The position numbers and the translations under genes were made by a program. From positions 342,862 to 406,861 of the forward strand of contig JADJOR010000024.1 of the NCBI GenBank assembly GCA_016713665.1: a stretch of 64,000 nucleotides of DNA, given 5' to 3'. Source of the stretch: Deltaproteobacteria bacterium. Its GTDB lineage: Bacteria; Myxococcota_A; UBA9160; UBA4427. Position 1 is the stretch's first letter. The number at the start of each line of letters is the position of its first letter. Below the pieces are notes generated by a model. That model was not told the DNA's origin. It worked only from the letters and a program-made list of their open reading frames with translations, and did not search any database. Positions 1-9,886 of the stretch are shown piece by piece.

Positions 1-226
1 CGAGGATTAGAAGCTTGTAGATGTACTGCTCCGCGAGGCTCTTCTCGCGCACGAGCAGCGACGCCAAGACGAGATAGAGGACATAGCAGGTGAAGGTCTG
101 CCACGCGTGGGCGAAACGGGCGAGCTCGATGGCCTGACCGATGGCGTTCGAGACGAGGCCCCAGGCCTGATAGAAGCAGACGTAGAGGAGGTATTGCCGC
201 GGCGTCGCCCGGAGTCGCTCGATCAT
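1..226 (-). CDS. hypothetical membrane protein, N-terminal ~75 codons only (gene runs off the left edge)
   Basis: Own translation of the minus strand from ATG 226..224 gives MIERLRATPRQYLLYVCFYQAWGLVSNAIGQAIELARFAHAWQTFTCYVLYLVLASLLVREKSL..., open to base 1. An ATGA start/stop overlap (223-226) joins it to the upstream flavoprotein gene. It is not in the ORF track because it is truncated. Confidence 0.45.
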   Translation of the reverse strand, partial: MIERLRATPRQYLLYVCFYQAWGLVSNAIGQAIELARFAHAWQTFTCYVLYLVLASLLVREKSLAEQYIYKLLIL

Positions 227-1710
227 GCGTTCCTTCCTTCCGGCCGCCGCGCGGCCGCAGTCCTTCCGGCGAGGCGCCCGAAGAAGGTCGCGTCCCCGAT
301 CGACGTCCCGCTGACGTAGCCCTCGGCCGAGCGCGAGATGCCGCAGCAATTGCGGCCGGCGGCGAAGAGACCCTCGACGACCTCGCCGTCCTCGGTGAGG
401 ACCTCGCCGGTCGACTTCGTCCAGAGACCGCCGAGCGAGAACGCCATGTAGGTCGCCTTGCCGAAGGAGAGGTCGAAGGCGGCGAAGGGCGGCTCGGTCA
501 GCGGTCGCAGCCAGGCCGGCTGCTTGTGGAGGATCGGATCCGTACCCGCCGCGGCATTCCGGTTGAAGAGCTCGACCGTCCGCTCGAGGGACGTCGGGGG
601 GAGCGCGAGCGTCTTCTCGAGGCCCGCGATGCTCTCCTCGACGGCGACGACCTCGAAGCCGTCGATCTCCGGGCGCCCGAAGATCGGGTCGTCGACGATG
701 AGGAAGACGGTGCCCCCGGGCTGACGGGAGGCCGTCTCGCCGATGCGGCCATGATAGGCGTCCTCGGCGATGAAGCGCTGGCCCTGGCCGTTGACCAGGA
801 TGCCGTAGGTCAGGCTCCCGGGCGGATAGTAGGGGACGGTGATGTGGTACTCGTCGAGATGGATCGCGGCGCCGCGGGCACTGAGTCCCAGCCGAAGCCC
901 CGTCCCGTCGTCGTAGGGATTGCCGATCGGGATCGCGCGACCGACGAGGCGCGAGAGATGGCGCTGGCGCAGGGTGTCGTTCATCGCGAAGCCGCCGGCG
1001 CAGAGGATGACGCCGCGGCGCGCGCGAAACGCGCGGTCCTCTCCGTCCTGGCGCGCGACGACGCCGACGACGGCGCCGCGCTCGTCGAGAACGAGCTTCA
1101 TGACCCGCGTGTCGTACTGGATGCGCGCGCCGCTCTTCAGGGCCGCTTCGTGAAGCTTCGCGAAGAGCAGGGCGCCGGCGTCGCCCGGCGCCTGGACTTT
1201 GTGGCCCCGCGGCGCGGGCTTCGCGATTTCCTTGTAGGGCCAGGACTTCTCGTTGCCCGACCAGAAGAGGCCGTCGTCGTTCGCGGGCTGGGTCGTCCGT
1301 TCCGTATGGAGCGCGTCCTTGAAGGGGACGCCCTGCTCCACGAGCCAGTCGAAATGGGCGACGCTGCCCTCGACGTAGAGCCGGAACTTCTCGGGATCGG
1401 GATCCGGGGTCGACGCGGTCAGATACCGGAGCATCGCCTCGGGCGAGTCGTCGACGCCGCAGGCCTTCTGGACCCGGGTCCCGCCGCCGAGATAGAGGAC
1501 GCCGCCCGCCATCGCCGTCGTCCCACCCCCGCCGCTCGCGCGCTCGAGGACCAACGTCGTCGCACCGGTCTGCGCGGCCTCGATGGCCGCGCAGACGCCC
1601 GCCGCGCCGTAGCCGACGACGAGGACGTCGACGGTCTCGTGCCAGCTCTTCACGTCGGCCAGCCGGATGGGGCGCGTCGGAGTCTCGGGGTCGATGCGGG
1701 ATCCGGTCAT
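223..1710 (-). CDS. FAD-dependent oxidoreductase, 3-ketosteroid-delta1-dehydrogenase / fumarate-reductase flavoprotein-like
   Basis: From ORF 223..1755. N-terminal dinucleotide-binding motif DVLVVGYGAAGVCAAIEAA...LVLERASGGGGTTAMAGGVLY and C-terminal GLFAAGRN. Start placed at ATG 1710 (MTGSRIDPET); the 15 upstream codons are a TRSDP repeat. Start is uncertain. Confidence 0.85.
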   Translation of the reverse strand: MTGSRIDPETPTRPIRLADVKSWHETVDVLVVGYGAAGVCAAIEAAQTGATTLVLERASGGGGTTAMAGGVLYLGGGTRVQKACGVDDSPEAMLRYLTASTPDPDPEKFRLYVEGSVAHFDWLVEQGVPFKDALHTERTTQPANDDGLFWSGNEKSWPYKEIAKPAPRGHKVQAPGDAGALLFAKLHEAALKSGARIQYDTRVMKLVLDERGAVVGVVARQDGEDRAFRARRGVILCAGGFAMNDTLRQRHLSRLVGRAIPIGNPYDDGTGLRLGLSARGAAIHLDEYHITVPYYPPGSLTYGILVNGQGQRFIAEDAYHGRIGETASRQPGGTVFLIVDDPIFGRPEIDGFEVVAVEESIAGLEKTLALPPTSLERTVELFNRNAAAGTDPILHKQPAWLRPLTEPPFAAFDLSFGKATYMAFSLGGLWTKSTGEVLTEDGEVVEGLFAAGRNCCGISRSAEGYVSGTSIGDATFFGRLAGRTAAARRPEGRNA

Positions 1711-1813
1711 CGGGACACTCCTCGTCGGGTCGGATCGGGTCGGATCGGTACGCACTCTGCTCGTTCGCTCGAAGCTCGGCCCTAGCCGCCGTGCGGTGAT
1801 GTAGGGAGCGCGA

Positions 1814-2686
1814 TCAAGCCCGGTCTTCCGCCCTCTGGAGCGGCTGCTCGCAGCGGGTCGAGAGCTGCTTCATGAAGCGGCGCATGCCCGCGGCGAACGC
1901 CTCCCGATGGTGCATCGTGCCGATCGCGTCGAAGACCATCAGATCGCCCGGCGACCACTCGTGCCGGTAGATGTTCTCCGGTCGGATCACGTGGTCGAAG
2001 ATCTGCTCGAAGATCTCACGGGACCACGCGTCGGAGGCGCCGACGATCTCCGTCGTTTCGACCGGGCTCACATAGAGGGCGACTCGCTTCGTCTCGGGGT
2101 GGCGAACGGCGATCGGATGGGCCGTCTGGATCGCGTTGCGCTGGGCCTGGGTGGTCGCGCTCGTCGAGTCGGCGAGATCGTATTCGGCTTTCGGGCGATG
2201 GAGCGCGAGCTTGCCGTCGATCGCCGCGCGCAGGGATGCCGGCAGGGTCTCCCAGGCCGCGTACATGTCGATGAAGGAGGTGGCCGCAGCGCCTCCTCCC
2301 GGAACCTCGACGGCCTCGAGGAAGCTCTCTTTTGCGGGGCGGGCCTGATTCGCGTAGTCCGTGTGCCAGGGCAGCTCCATCGTCCCGGTGAGGCCGATCG
2401 GCTTTCCGTTCTCCTCGAGGTTGCTGACGCGCAGGATCTCCGGAAAGCCGGGCTCCGTGCCCTCTTCGAAGAAGCGAAAGAGCTCGCCGAAACGCCGCGC
2501 GAAGCCCGTCAGCCGCTCGTTCGTACGGATGGCCCCGCGAAAGAGGAGCACCTTGTGTCGGCGAAGCGAGGCCTCGATCGACGCGAACGCGTCGGGGGTG
2601 AGATCGGCGGTCGGCTCCACGCCGAAGACCTCCGCGCCGAGCGGGCCGTCGAAGGGACGCGATTCGAGCTTTCTGGGATCCGACAT
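1814..2686 (-). CDS. TauD/TfdA-family Fe(II)/2-oxoglutarate dioxygenase
   Basis: From ORF 1814..2776, start trimmed to ATG 2686 (MSDPRKLESRPFDG). Family-typical LPWHTDYANQ (HxD) and distal TMHHRE motifs. Confidence 0.85.
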   Translation of the reverse strand: MSDPRKLESRPFDGPLGAEVFGVEPTADLTPDAFASIEASLRRHKVLLFRGAIRTNERLTGFARRFGELFRFFEEGTEPGFPEILRVSNLEENGKPIGLTGTMELPWHTDYANQARPAKESFLEAVEVPGGGAAATSFIDMYAAWETLPASLRAAIDGKLALHRPKAEYDLADSTSATTQAQRNAIQTAHPIAVRHPETKRVALYVSPVETTEIVGASDAWSREIFEQIFDHVIRPENIYRHEWSPGDLMVFDAIGTMHHREAFAAGMRRFMKQLSTRCEQPLQRAEDRA

Positions 2687-2871
2687 GGATTGCTCCTCTC
2701 GCTCGAAGACCCGATCGCGCGCTCTTCGCGGCTGCAATCGACCTCGAGCATCCCACTTCGAACCGCTCCGACGCAAGTCTCGTGTCGCGAGGCCGGAGCG
2801 TCCGCCTGACCAGCCGGGCCCGGTCCCCCTGTCCAGCCGGCGCCGTCCGCGCGAGACTCCATCGTCGAGGA

Positions 2872-4143
2872 ATGGCCGTCATGTGGAACCCCGTCGCCCC
2901 GGACATCGTCGAGCATCCGCATCCGTTCTGGGCCTGGCTTCGACGGGAATCGCCCGTCCATCCGGTGGCCGGCGCCGGCTACTTCCTGATCAGTCGCTAC
3001 GACGACGTCCTGCACGTCAGTCGCGACTCGCAGACCTACTCGTCCGAGCTTCGGGCCATCGTTCAGCGCGACGACGCGGGGCGCGCGCGATTGCTGCAGA
3101 CCCGGATCGTCGGGCAGCCCCAGGCGCGTGTGCTCGGCGTCGCCGACGGAGAGGTGCACGCGAGTCATCGACGTGTCGTCGGCCGGACGTTCTCGCCCTC
3201 GAGAATGGAGCGGATGTCCCGGCTCGCCCTCGAGATCGCAGAGCGCTGTGTCGCCCGCTTCGAAGGGACGAATCGGGTCGACGTCGTCGCGGCTCTCGCG
3301 ATCCCCCTGCCGCTCGAGCTGACGACGCGGCTGCTCGGCCTTCCGCTCGAAGACCAGCCGGCGCTCCAGATCTGGACCGACCATGCGCTCCGGATGGCCG
3401 GCGGGCTCGCGAGCGAAGAGGAGCTCGCCGAGGACCTGGCCCAGACGACGGCGTTTCATGCCTATCTCGAGCGTCGTTTCGACGAGGCGATGGCGCATCC
3501 GGGCGACGACGTGCTCGGGGACCTCGCGCGCGCCGTCCGCGATGCCGAGCGAGGCGAGGCGGGGGTCGCGCGCTGGGAGGCGGTGGCGATCCTGTTCCAG
3601 CTCGTCGTGGGCGGCATCGAGACGACGGTCGGCCTGATCTCGGCGGCGATTCATCATGCGACGCATCAGCCCGAGCTCTGGTCGAGGATGCGCGACGAGC
3701 TCGAGGTCGTCGCGTCGTTCATCGAGGAAACGATCCGGCTCGACGGTCCTGCGATCGGGAATCTGCGTCGGACGACTCGAGATACGGAGCTCGCAGGCTG
3801 CTCCCTGCCCGAAGGGAGCACGGTCGCGCTGCTCTGGGGATCCGCGAATCGCGACGAGTCCCAGTTCCCGCGAGCCGAATGCTTCGAGCTCGACCGCCCG
3901 AACATCAAGGCCCATCTCGGCTTCGGGCTGGGCAAGCACTTCTGTCTGGGGGCGGCGCTGGCCCGCATGGAAACGCGCGTGGCGCTTCAGGCGCTGCGTG
4001 CGGTCGCCGGCGGGATCGCGCTCGATTGCGATCCCGCCGAGCTCCGACACAAGCCCAGCATGGGGATCCGCCGGCTGCAATCGCTTCCGGTCTCGATCTC
4101 CCCGCAGAAATCGGCCGCGCCGTGCAGACCGCGCTCGGGCTGA
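2872..4143 (+). CDS. cytochrome P450
   Basis: From ORF 2782..4143. Heme-thiolate loop FGLGKHFCLGAALA and ExxR (IEETIRL). Start ATG 2872 (MAVMWNPVAPD) is preceded by GAGG. Confidence 0.9.
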   Translation: MAVMWNPVAPDIVEHPHPFWAWLRRESPVHPVAGAGYFLISRYDDVLHVSRDSQTYSSELRAIVQRDDAGRARLLQTRIVGQPQARVLGVADGEVHASHRRVVGRTFSPSRMERMSRLALEIAERCVARFEGTNRVDVVAALAIPLPLELTTRLLGLPLEDQPALQIWTDHALRMAGGLASEEELAEDLAQTTAFHAYLERRFDEAMAHPGDDVLGDLARAVRDAERGEAGVARWEAVAILFQLVVGGIETTVGLISAAIHHATHQPELWSRMRDELEVVASFIEETIRLDGPAIGNLRRTTRDTELAGCSLPEGSTVALLWGSANRDESQFPRAECFELDRPNIKAHLGFGLGKHFCLGAALARMETRVALQALRAVAGGIALDCDPAELRHKPSMGIRRLQSLPVSISPQKSAAPCRPRSG

Positions 4144-5009
4144 CGCTGCTCGCCGCGCCGCTGCTCGTCCTCTTCGCCGTCGAGCGTTTTGCCGGGTCGG
4201 CGGTCTTCGGCGCCGTCGCCGCGCTCTCGCTCTCCTCGACGATCCAGCTCGTCGGCGAGCGCCTCTGGCCCGCTCGCCCGCTCGCGCCCCATGCTGGCCC
4301 GCAGCTCGCCGTCGAGGCGTTTCAAGGGTTGGTCTACGGCATGCTGGTCGGGGTCGGGACGATCTTCGCCGGGGCCGCGCTCGTCTCGGCCGCGAAGCGC
4401 GCTCTCGGCTTCTCCTTCGCCCTCGAGCTGCCGCTCTGGGGCCAGGCGCTCGTCCTCGTCGTGGTCGCCGACTTCCTCGACTACTTCCGCCACCGCCACG
4501 AGCACGAGTCCGACGGCCTCTTCTGGCGCGTCCACTCCGTCCACCACTCGATCCGCGAGTTCTCGCTCCTGGCCGGGCTCGCGGTGCATCCGCTCGAGCC
4601 CGTGTTCACCTTCATCTCCTACGGCTTCGTCGCCGGCCTGCTCGGCCTGTCGACACAGGCGACGATCGCGGGCTTCACGATCGCGATGATCGCGATGGGG
4701 GCCCAGCACGCAAACACCTTCTCCCGCCTCGGCTGGCTCTCGAACGTGATCGCCCACATCGACGGCCACCGCTGGCACCACGACATGGCTCTCTCGAGCG
4801 GGCGCAACGTCAACTACGCCAACGTCTTCTCGGTGTGGGATCGGCTCTGGGGCACCTTCCAGCCCGCCGAGCCCTTCGACGGCGAATACGGCATCGAGCC
4901 CTTCCGCGACGCCTATCCGAAGGATCTGGTCGGCCAGGCCAGGATGGCGCTGCCCTCGGACTACGCGCGCCGCGTCCGCGCCCTCGTCGGCCCCCGCGAC
5001 CGGGTATGA
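4122..5009 (+). CDS. fatty-acid hydroxylase / sterol desaturase superfamily membrane oxygenase
   Basis: Last ~295 codons of the otherwise artefactual 882-aa ORF 2361..5009. Hydrophobic segments followed by three His boxes (HRHEH, HSVHH, HRWHH). There is no ATG; GTG 4122 is proposed and overlaps the P450 stop by 22 nt. Start is uncertain. Confidence 0.7.
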   Translation: MQTALGLTLLAAPLLVLFAVERFAGSAVFGAVAALSLSSTIQLVGERLWPARPLAPHAGPQLAVEAFQGLVYGMLVGVGTIFAGAALVSAAKRALGFSFALELPLWGQALVLVVVADFLDYFRHRHEHESDGLFWRVHSVHHSIREFSLLAGLAVHPLEPVFTFISYGFVAGLLGLSTQATIAGFTIAMIAMGAQHANTFSRLGWLSNVIAHIDGHRWHHDMALSSGRNVNYANVFSVWDRLWGTFQPAEPFDGEYGIEPFRDAYPKDLVGQARMALPSDYARRVRALVGPRDRV

Positions 5010-5114
5010 GGACGGGATCCGGGCGCGCGCCCGATCCCCTTGCCCGCCCCGCACTGGCGGTGATAAAGTGAACAGCGTTCAAAAATAACTCCTGCCACGG
5101 AGCTCCCCCCCACC

Positions 5115-5534
5115 ATGGCCGACGTTCGCCCCTACGGCGCCACGCGCGACGCGCTCTACGGATTCAGCAAGGTCTTCGTCCACGATCTCGACGCGATGGG
5201 TCGATTCTACGAGGAGGTCTTCGGACTCGTCCCGTTGAATCGCCATGAAGACGTGATGCTCGGCCGGAAGATCGACGAGATCTCGTATCAGGCGACCACG
5301 TCGGGCGGGAGTGAGCTGACGCTCATCCACTACCTCGATTCGAAAGCGCCGAGCGCAGGCGAGTCGGTCCAGGGCTTCACGACGACCGACGTCCAGGCTC
5401 TCGTGCGGCGGGCCGAGCGCGCCGGGGGCCGTCTCGCAGAGCCGATCCGGCGGATCGAGGAGTTCAAGATCCTCGTCGCGTTCGTGCTCGATCCCGAAGG
5501 CCACATCAACGAAGTCGTCCAGCTCGACGCCTGA
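5115..5534 (+). CDS. VOC (glyoxalase/bleomycin-resistance/dioxygenase) family protein
   Basis: 139-aa ORF. The N-terminal pattern FSKVFVHDLDAMGRFYEEVFGL is typical of VOC-fold proteins. Confidence 0.75.
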   Translation: MADVRPYGATRDALYGFSKVFVHDLDAMGRFYEEVFGLVPLNRHEDVMLGRKIDEISYQATTSGGSELTLIHYLDSKAPSAGESVQGFTTTDVQALVRRAERAGGRLAEPIRRIEEFKILVAFVLDPEGHINEVVQLDA

Positions 5535-5748
5535 GCGGGATCCGCGCACGTCCGCCGCGACGCCCGCCCGACCGAACGGCTCGTGTCCGAGATCCGCACG
5601 AAGAGAGGAATTCGTCATGCTTCCGGAGCCCGACCGAAATTTCCGCGCCGTCGCGCCGCCGCGGCTCATCGACGACGCCTTGCGTTTCCTGGTCCGCTGG
5701 GGGGCGCGCGTCTTCATGGGCTTCGACGAGCAGGCGGCCTGATCGAGC

Positions 5749-6534
5749 ATGACGAACCGAAACGATTCTCCCGCCACCCCCGAATCCGTCGTTGACCAGC
5801 GCGTCGTTGGCCCGATCCTCGTCGTCACGATCCGGCGCGAGTCGAAGCGCAACGCGATCGACGCCGCGACGACCGCCGGCATCGACGAAGCACTCAATCG
5901 CCTCGAGGACGACGAGACCCTCCGCGTCGGCATCCTGACTGGAGGCCCGTCCATGTTCTCGGCCGGCACCGATCTCGTCCGCACGGCCGGCCCGCCGACG
6001 CCGCGAGGCGGCGAGTACGGGATCATCCGGCGCAAGCGGCGCAAGCCCCTCATCGCGGCGGTCGAAGGCTTCGCGCTCGGCGGCGGCATGGAGATCGTCC
6101 TCGCCTGCGATCTCGTATGCGCCTCGCGCGGCACGCGCTTCGGGCTCCCCGAGGTCCAGAAGGCGCTCGTGCCGACCTGCGGCGGGCTCTTCCGCCCGGT
6201 CCGCGCATTGCCGCTCAACATTGCCCGAGAGCTGATCCTGACCGGCGACCCGCTCGACGCCGAGCGGGCCCACGCGCTCGGCTTCGTGAATCGACTGACC
6301 GATCCGGGCGGGGCCTTCGATGCGGCGCTCGCGCTGGCGGAGCGGATCGTGCGCAACGGGCCGGTCGCGATCGAGCAGAGCCTCGCGGTGACCCAGACGC
6401 TGACGGGGGCCGATGACGGGACGGCCTGGGCGCTGACGGATGCGGCGACGGCGACGATCATGCGCAGCGCGGACGCGCTCGAAGGGCGTAACGCCTTCGT
6501 CGAGAAGCGCGAGCCGCGTTGGAGTGGGAAGTAG
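5749..6534 (+). CDS. enoyl-CoA hydratase/isomerase (crotonase) family
   Basis: 261-aa ORF with FSAGTDL and GGGMEIVLACDL crotonase signatures. Confidence 0.9.
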   Translation: MTNRNDSPATPESVVDQRVVGPILVVTIRRESKRNAIDAATTAGIDEALNRLEDDETLRVGILTGGPSMFSAGTDLVRTAGPPTPRGGEYGIIRRKRRKPLIAAVEGFALGGGMEIVLACDLVCASRGTRFGLPEVQKALVPTCGGLFRPVRALPLNIARELILTGDPLDAERAHALGFVNRLTDPGGAFDAALALAERIVRNGPVAIEQSLAVTQTLTGADDGTAWALTDAATATIMRSADALEGRNAFVEKREPRWSGK

Positions 6535-6634
6535 GCGCGCGGGACGATCCGCGGAGAATGCCGTCGCGTGCAGGAGATTCGTTGCGCGAGCTACGCGCAC
6601 GACGCGATGCGAAAGACGGAAACGGGGGTAGAGC

Positions 6635-7405
6635 ATGGACCGCGAGAAATGGCAGAAGCTCTTCGACTTCACGGGGCGCGTCGCGATCGTCACGGGCGGA
6701 ACCCGGGGCATCGGCCGCTCGATCGCCGAGGGCTTCGTCGCGGCGGGCGCGAAGGTCGTCGTCGCGAGCCGCAAGGCCGAAGCGTGCCGGGAGACCGAGC
6801 GGCATCTCGTCGCCGCGGGCGGTGAGGCGCTCGGGGTCGCCGCGCAGATGGGCGACCTCGATGCGGTCAAGAATCTCGTCCGCGCGACGGTCGATCGCTT
6901 CGGGCGCATCGACGTCATCGTCAACAACGCGGCGACGGCGCTGACCCAGCCCCTCGGTCAGTTCACGCCCGAGGCCTGGGACAAGGTCTTCGGTGTCGAT
7001 CTGCGCGGCCCGGTCTTCCTGGTCCAGGAGGCGCTGCCCTGGCTCGAGAAGAGCCCGAACGCGGCGGTCGTCAACGTCATCTCCGCGGGGGCCTTCCTGT
7101 TCTCGACGACGACCTCGATGTATGCCGCGTCGAAGGCGGGTCTCATGTCGTTCACGCGCTCGATGGGCGCCGAGTTCGCGACCCGCGGCATCCGCGTCAA
7201 CGCGCTCGCCCCCGGCACCGTCGATACCGACATGGTCCGCAACAACACGCCCGAGATGCAGGAGCTCATGGCGAAGGCCTGCTTCATGCGCCGCGCGGCC
7301 CATGCGGACGAGATGGTCGGTCCCGCGCTCTTCCTCGCGTCGGACGCGGCGAGCTACGTCACGGGTCAAGTCCTGATCGCCGACGGCGGGCTCACGCCGC
7401 ATTGA
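6635..7405 (+). CDS. short-chain dehydrogenase/reductase (SDR)
   Basis: TGGTRGIG cofactor motif and YAASK (YxxxK) catalytic motif. Confidence 0.9.
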   Translation: MDREKWQKLFDFTGRVAIVTGGTRGIGRSIAEGFVAAGAKVVVASRKAEACRETERHLVAAGGEALGVAAQMGDLDAVKNLVRATVDRFGRIDVIVNNAATALTQPLGQFTPEAWDKVFGVDLRGPVFLVQEALPWLEKSPNAAVVNVISAGAFLFSTTTSMYAASKAGLMSFTRSMGAEFATRGIRVNALAPGTVDTDMVRNNTPEMQELMAKACFMRRAAHADEMVGPALFLASDAASYVTGQVLIADGGLTPH

Positions 7406-7484
7406 TGCATGCATGATGATCCCACCTGGACGCGGCCGAGGTCGTGTCGCGGGGTGATCATCGCGACGAAAATTTGGAGGGATC

Positions 7485-8795
7485 ATGTGGGAATTCGAGA
7501 CGGACGCCGACTATCAGAAGGATCTGGACTGGGCGGAAGCATTCGTCCGCGACGAGGTCGACCCGCTCAAGTACGTCCTGCCTCATGCCCTCGAGCGGAA
7601 ACATCCGATCTGGCAAGCGCTCGTTCCGCCGCTTCAGCGCGAGGTGCGCGCCCGAGGGCTCTGGGCCACTCATCTCGGACCCGACCTGGGCGGCCCGGGC
7701 CACGGTCAGGTCAAGCTCGCGCTCCTCAACGAGATCCTCGGTCGCACACCGATGGCCCCGATCGTCTTCGGCTGTCAGGCGCCCGATAGCGGCAACGCCG
7801 AGATCATCGCCCACTATGGGACGGCCGAGCACAAGGCGAAGTACCTCAAGCCCCTGCTCGCCGGCGAGATCTTCTCCTGCTTCTCGATGACCGAGCCCCA
7901 GGGTGGCTCCGATCCGAAGGAGTTCACCTGCTCCGCCGTCCTCGAAGGGGACGAGTGGGTCATCGAAGGCGAGAAGTGGTTCTCGTCGAACGCCCGTCAT
8001 TCGGAATTCTTCATCGTCATGGTGGTCACCGATCCGCAGAACCCGCCCTATCAACGACAGTCGATGATCATCGTTCCTGCCGACACGCCGGGAATCCGGA
8101 TCCTTCGCAACGTCGGCATCTCGTTCGGCGAAGGGACGGTCGGTCGCCCCGTCGAAGAGGGCGGCCATGCCTACATCCGCTACGAGAAGGTGCGGGTCCC
8201 GAAGTCCAACCTGCTCGGCGAGCGGGGCAAGGCCTTCGTCGTGGCGCAGACGCGTCTCGGCGGCGGACGGATCCATCACGCCATGCGGACGATCGGCATG
8301 GCGAAGCACGCGTTCGAGCTGATGCTCGAGCGGGCGGTGTCGCGCCGAACCCAGGGCGAGCTCCTCGCGAAGAAGCAGCTGGTCCAGGAGATGGTCGCCG
8401 ACTCCTGGATCGATCTCGAGCAGTTCCGGCTTCTCGTTCTGCGCACGGCCTGGCGGATCGATCGCTACAAGGACTACAAGCGGGTTCGAGGCGACATCTC
8501 TGCCGTGAAGGCCGCGATGCCGGGCGTGCTTCATCGCATCGCCTCGCGCGCGCTCCAGATCCACGGCTCGCTGGGCATCACCGACGAGATGCCGTTCATG
8601 GACATGATCTCCAACGCCTATCATCTCGGGCTGGCCGACGGCCCCACCGAGGTCCACAAGGTGACCCTCGCGAGCTCGCTCTTGCGCAACGTGAAGCCGG
8701 CCGAAGGCCTGTTCCCGAGCGGGCACGTGCCGGCAGCACGCGAGGCCGCCTTCGCAAAGTACGCAGAGGTCCTCGAGAAGGTGGGGCGTGACTGA
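7485..8795 (+). CDS. acyl-CoA dehydrogenase family protein
   Basis: 436-aa ORF with the SMTEPQGGSDP motif and ACAD-like C-terminal helical domain. GGAGGG lies upstream of ATG 7485. Confidence 0.9.
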   Translation: MWEFETDADYQKDLDWAEAFVRDEVDPLKYVLPHALERKHPIWQALVPPLQREVRARGLWATHLGPDLGGPGHGQVKLALLNEILGRTPMAPIVFGCQAPDSGNAEIIAHYGTAEHKAKYLKPLLAGEIFSCFSMTEPQGGSDPKEFTCSAVLEGDEWVIEGEKWFSSNARHSEFFIVMVVTDPQNPPYQRQSMIIVPADTPGIRILRNVGISFGEGTVGRPVEEGGHAYIRYEKVRVPKSNLLGERGKAFVVAQTRLGGGRIHHAMRTIGMAKHAFELMLERAVSRRTQGELLAKKQLVQEMVADSWIDLEQFRLLVLRTAWRIDRYKDYKRVRGDISAVKAAMPGVLHRIASRALQIHGSLGITDEMPFMDMISNAYHLGLADGPTEVHKVTLASSLLRNVKPAEGLFPSGHVPAAREAAFAKYAEVLEKVGRD

Positions 8796-9795
8796 GGATC
8801 TGATCCAGGTTCGGCCAGGCGACGAGCTCCCTTGGCCCGCGCTCGAGGCGCATCTCCGGTCCGCGCTCGACGTCCCCGCCGACGTCATGCGGGTCCGTCA
8901 GTTCCGCGGCGGGACGGCGAACCTGACCTATCTCGTCTCGTTCGGGGATACCCGCCTGGTGGTCCGTCGACCGCCTCGCGGCAAGCTCGCGCCCGGGGCC
9001 CACGACATGGCGCGCGAGCATCGGATGCTCTCGCGCCTGAGCGACGTCTACCCGCGCGCACCGCGCGCGCTCCACCTCTGCGAAGATGCCTCCGTGGTCG
9101 GAGCGACGTTCGTGGTCGTGGAGTATCGGGAAGGCGAGGTTCTTCGGGACGCGATTCCGGATTCGATGACCCACCATCCGGACGTCGAGCGACGCGTCGA
9201 CCTCGCTCTGATCGATGCCGCGGCCGATCTGCACAGTGTCGACGTCGAGGCGGCGGGTCTCGGCCGGCCCGGTCCGGGCGAAGGGTTCGGAGCCCGTCAG
9301 GTCCGAGGCTGGGGGGAGCGCTGGAAGATCGCGGCTCCCGGCGGCGGATCGGACTTGATGGACGAGGTCGCCGAGCGGCTGGCGGCGTCGCTGCCCGAGG
9401 CGCCCAGGCTGGCGATCGTCCACAACGATCTGAAGCTCGACAACTGCCAGTTCGCGCCGTCCGACCCGGATCGGGTCCGATCGGTCTTCGACTGGGACAT
9501 GGCGACCGTCGGCGACCCGCTCTTCGATCTCGGTCTGCTGTTGGTCTCGATGTCGGCGAGCCCGATCTGGGTCCTGGCGACGGAGGACGCAGCTGCGCGT
9601 TACCGCGCTCGATCCGGGATCGACGTCGACCGCATCGACTGGTATCTGGCGTTCGCGACCTGGCGGACCGCCGTCGTGCTCCAGCAGCTGTACAACCGCC
9701 ATCTCGCCGGAGACAGCGCGGACGCACGGCTCGCGCAATTCGGGGCTGCGATCCCGATGTACGCCGCTCGAGCACGCGAGCTCGTGATGCGTTGA
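8788..9795 (+). CDS. phosphotransferase (APH/choline-kinase-like kinase fold)
   Basis: GTG start overlaps the ACAD stop by 8 nt. Brenner motif HNDLKLDN plus DWDMATVGDP. Confidence 0.85.
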   Translation: MTEDLIQVRPGDELPWPALEAHLRSALDVPADVMRVRQFRGGTANLTYLVSFGDTRLVVRRPPRGKLAPGAHDMAREHRMLSRLSDVYPRAPRALHLCEDASVVGATFVVVEYREGEVLRDAIPDSMTHHPDVERRVDLALIDAAADLHSVDVEAAGLGRPGPGEGFGARQVRGWGERWKIAAPGGGSDLMDEVAERLAASLPEAPRLAIVHNDLKLDNCQFAPSDPDRVRSVFDWDMATVGDPLFDLGLLLVSMSASPIWVLATEDAAARYRARSGIDVDRIDWYLAFATWRTAVVLQQLYNRHLAGDSADARLAQFGAAIPMYAARARELVMR

Positions 9796-9886
9796 AGCAC
9801 GGCCGGCGCCTCTCGCGCCGACCCGGGAGACGACTGCATATCGCATCGACCAAGATCCGCTTCGATAGTTCGACGAAAGGACAGTC

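Noticed and set aside
2361-4121. N-terminal ~587 codons of the 882-aa ORF 2361..5009
   Set aside because: The translation is Arg/Pro/Ala/Ser-rich low-complexity sequence. It runs across the TauD gene (opposite strand) and the P450 gene (other frame), both of which have clear family motifs. Only the His-box C-terminal part is credible.
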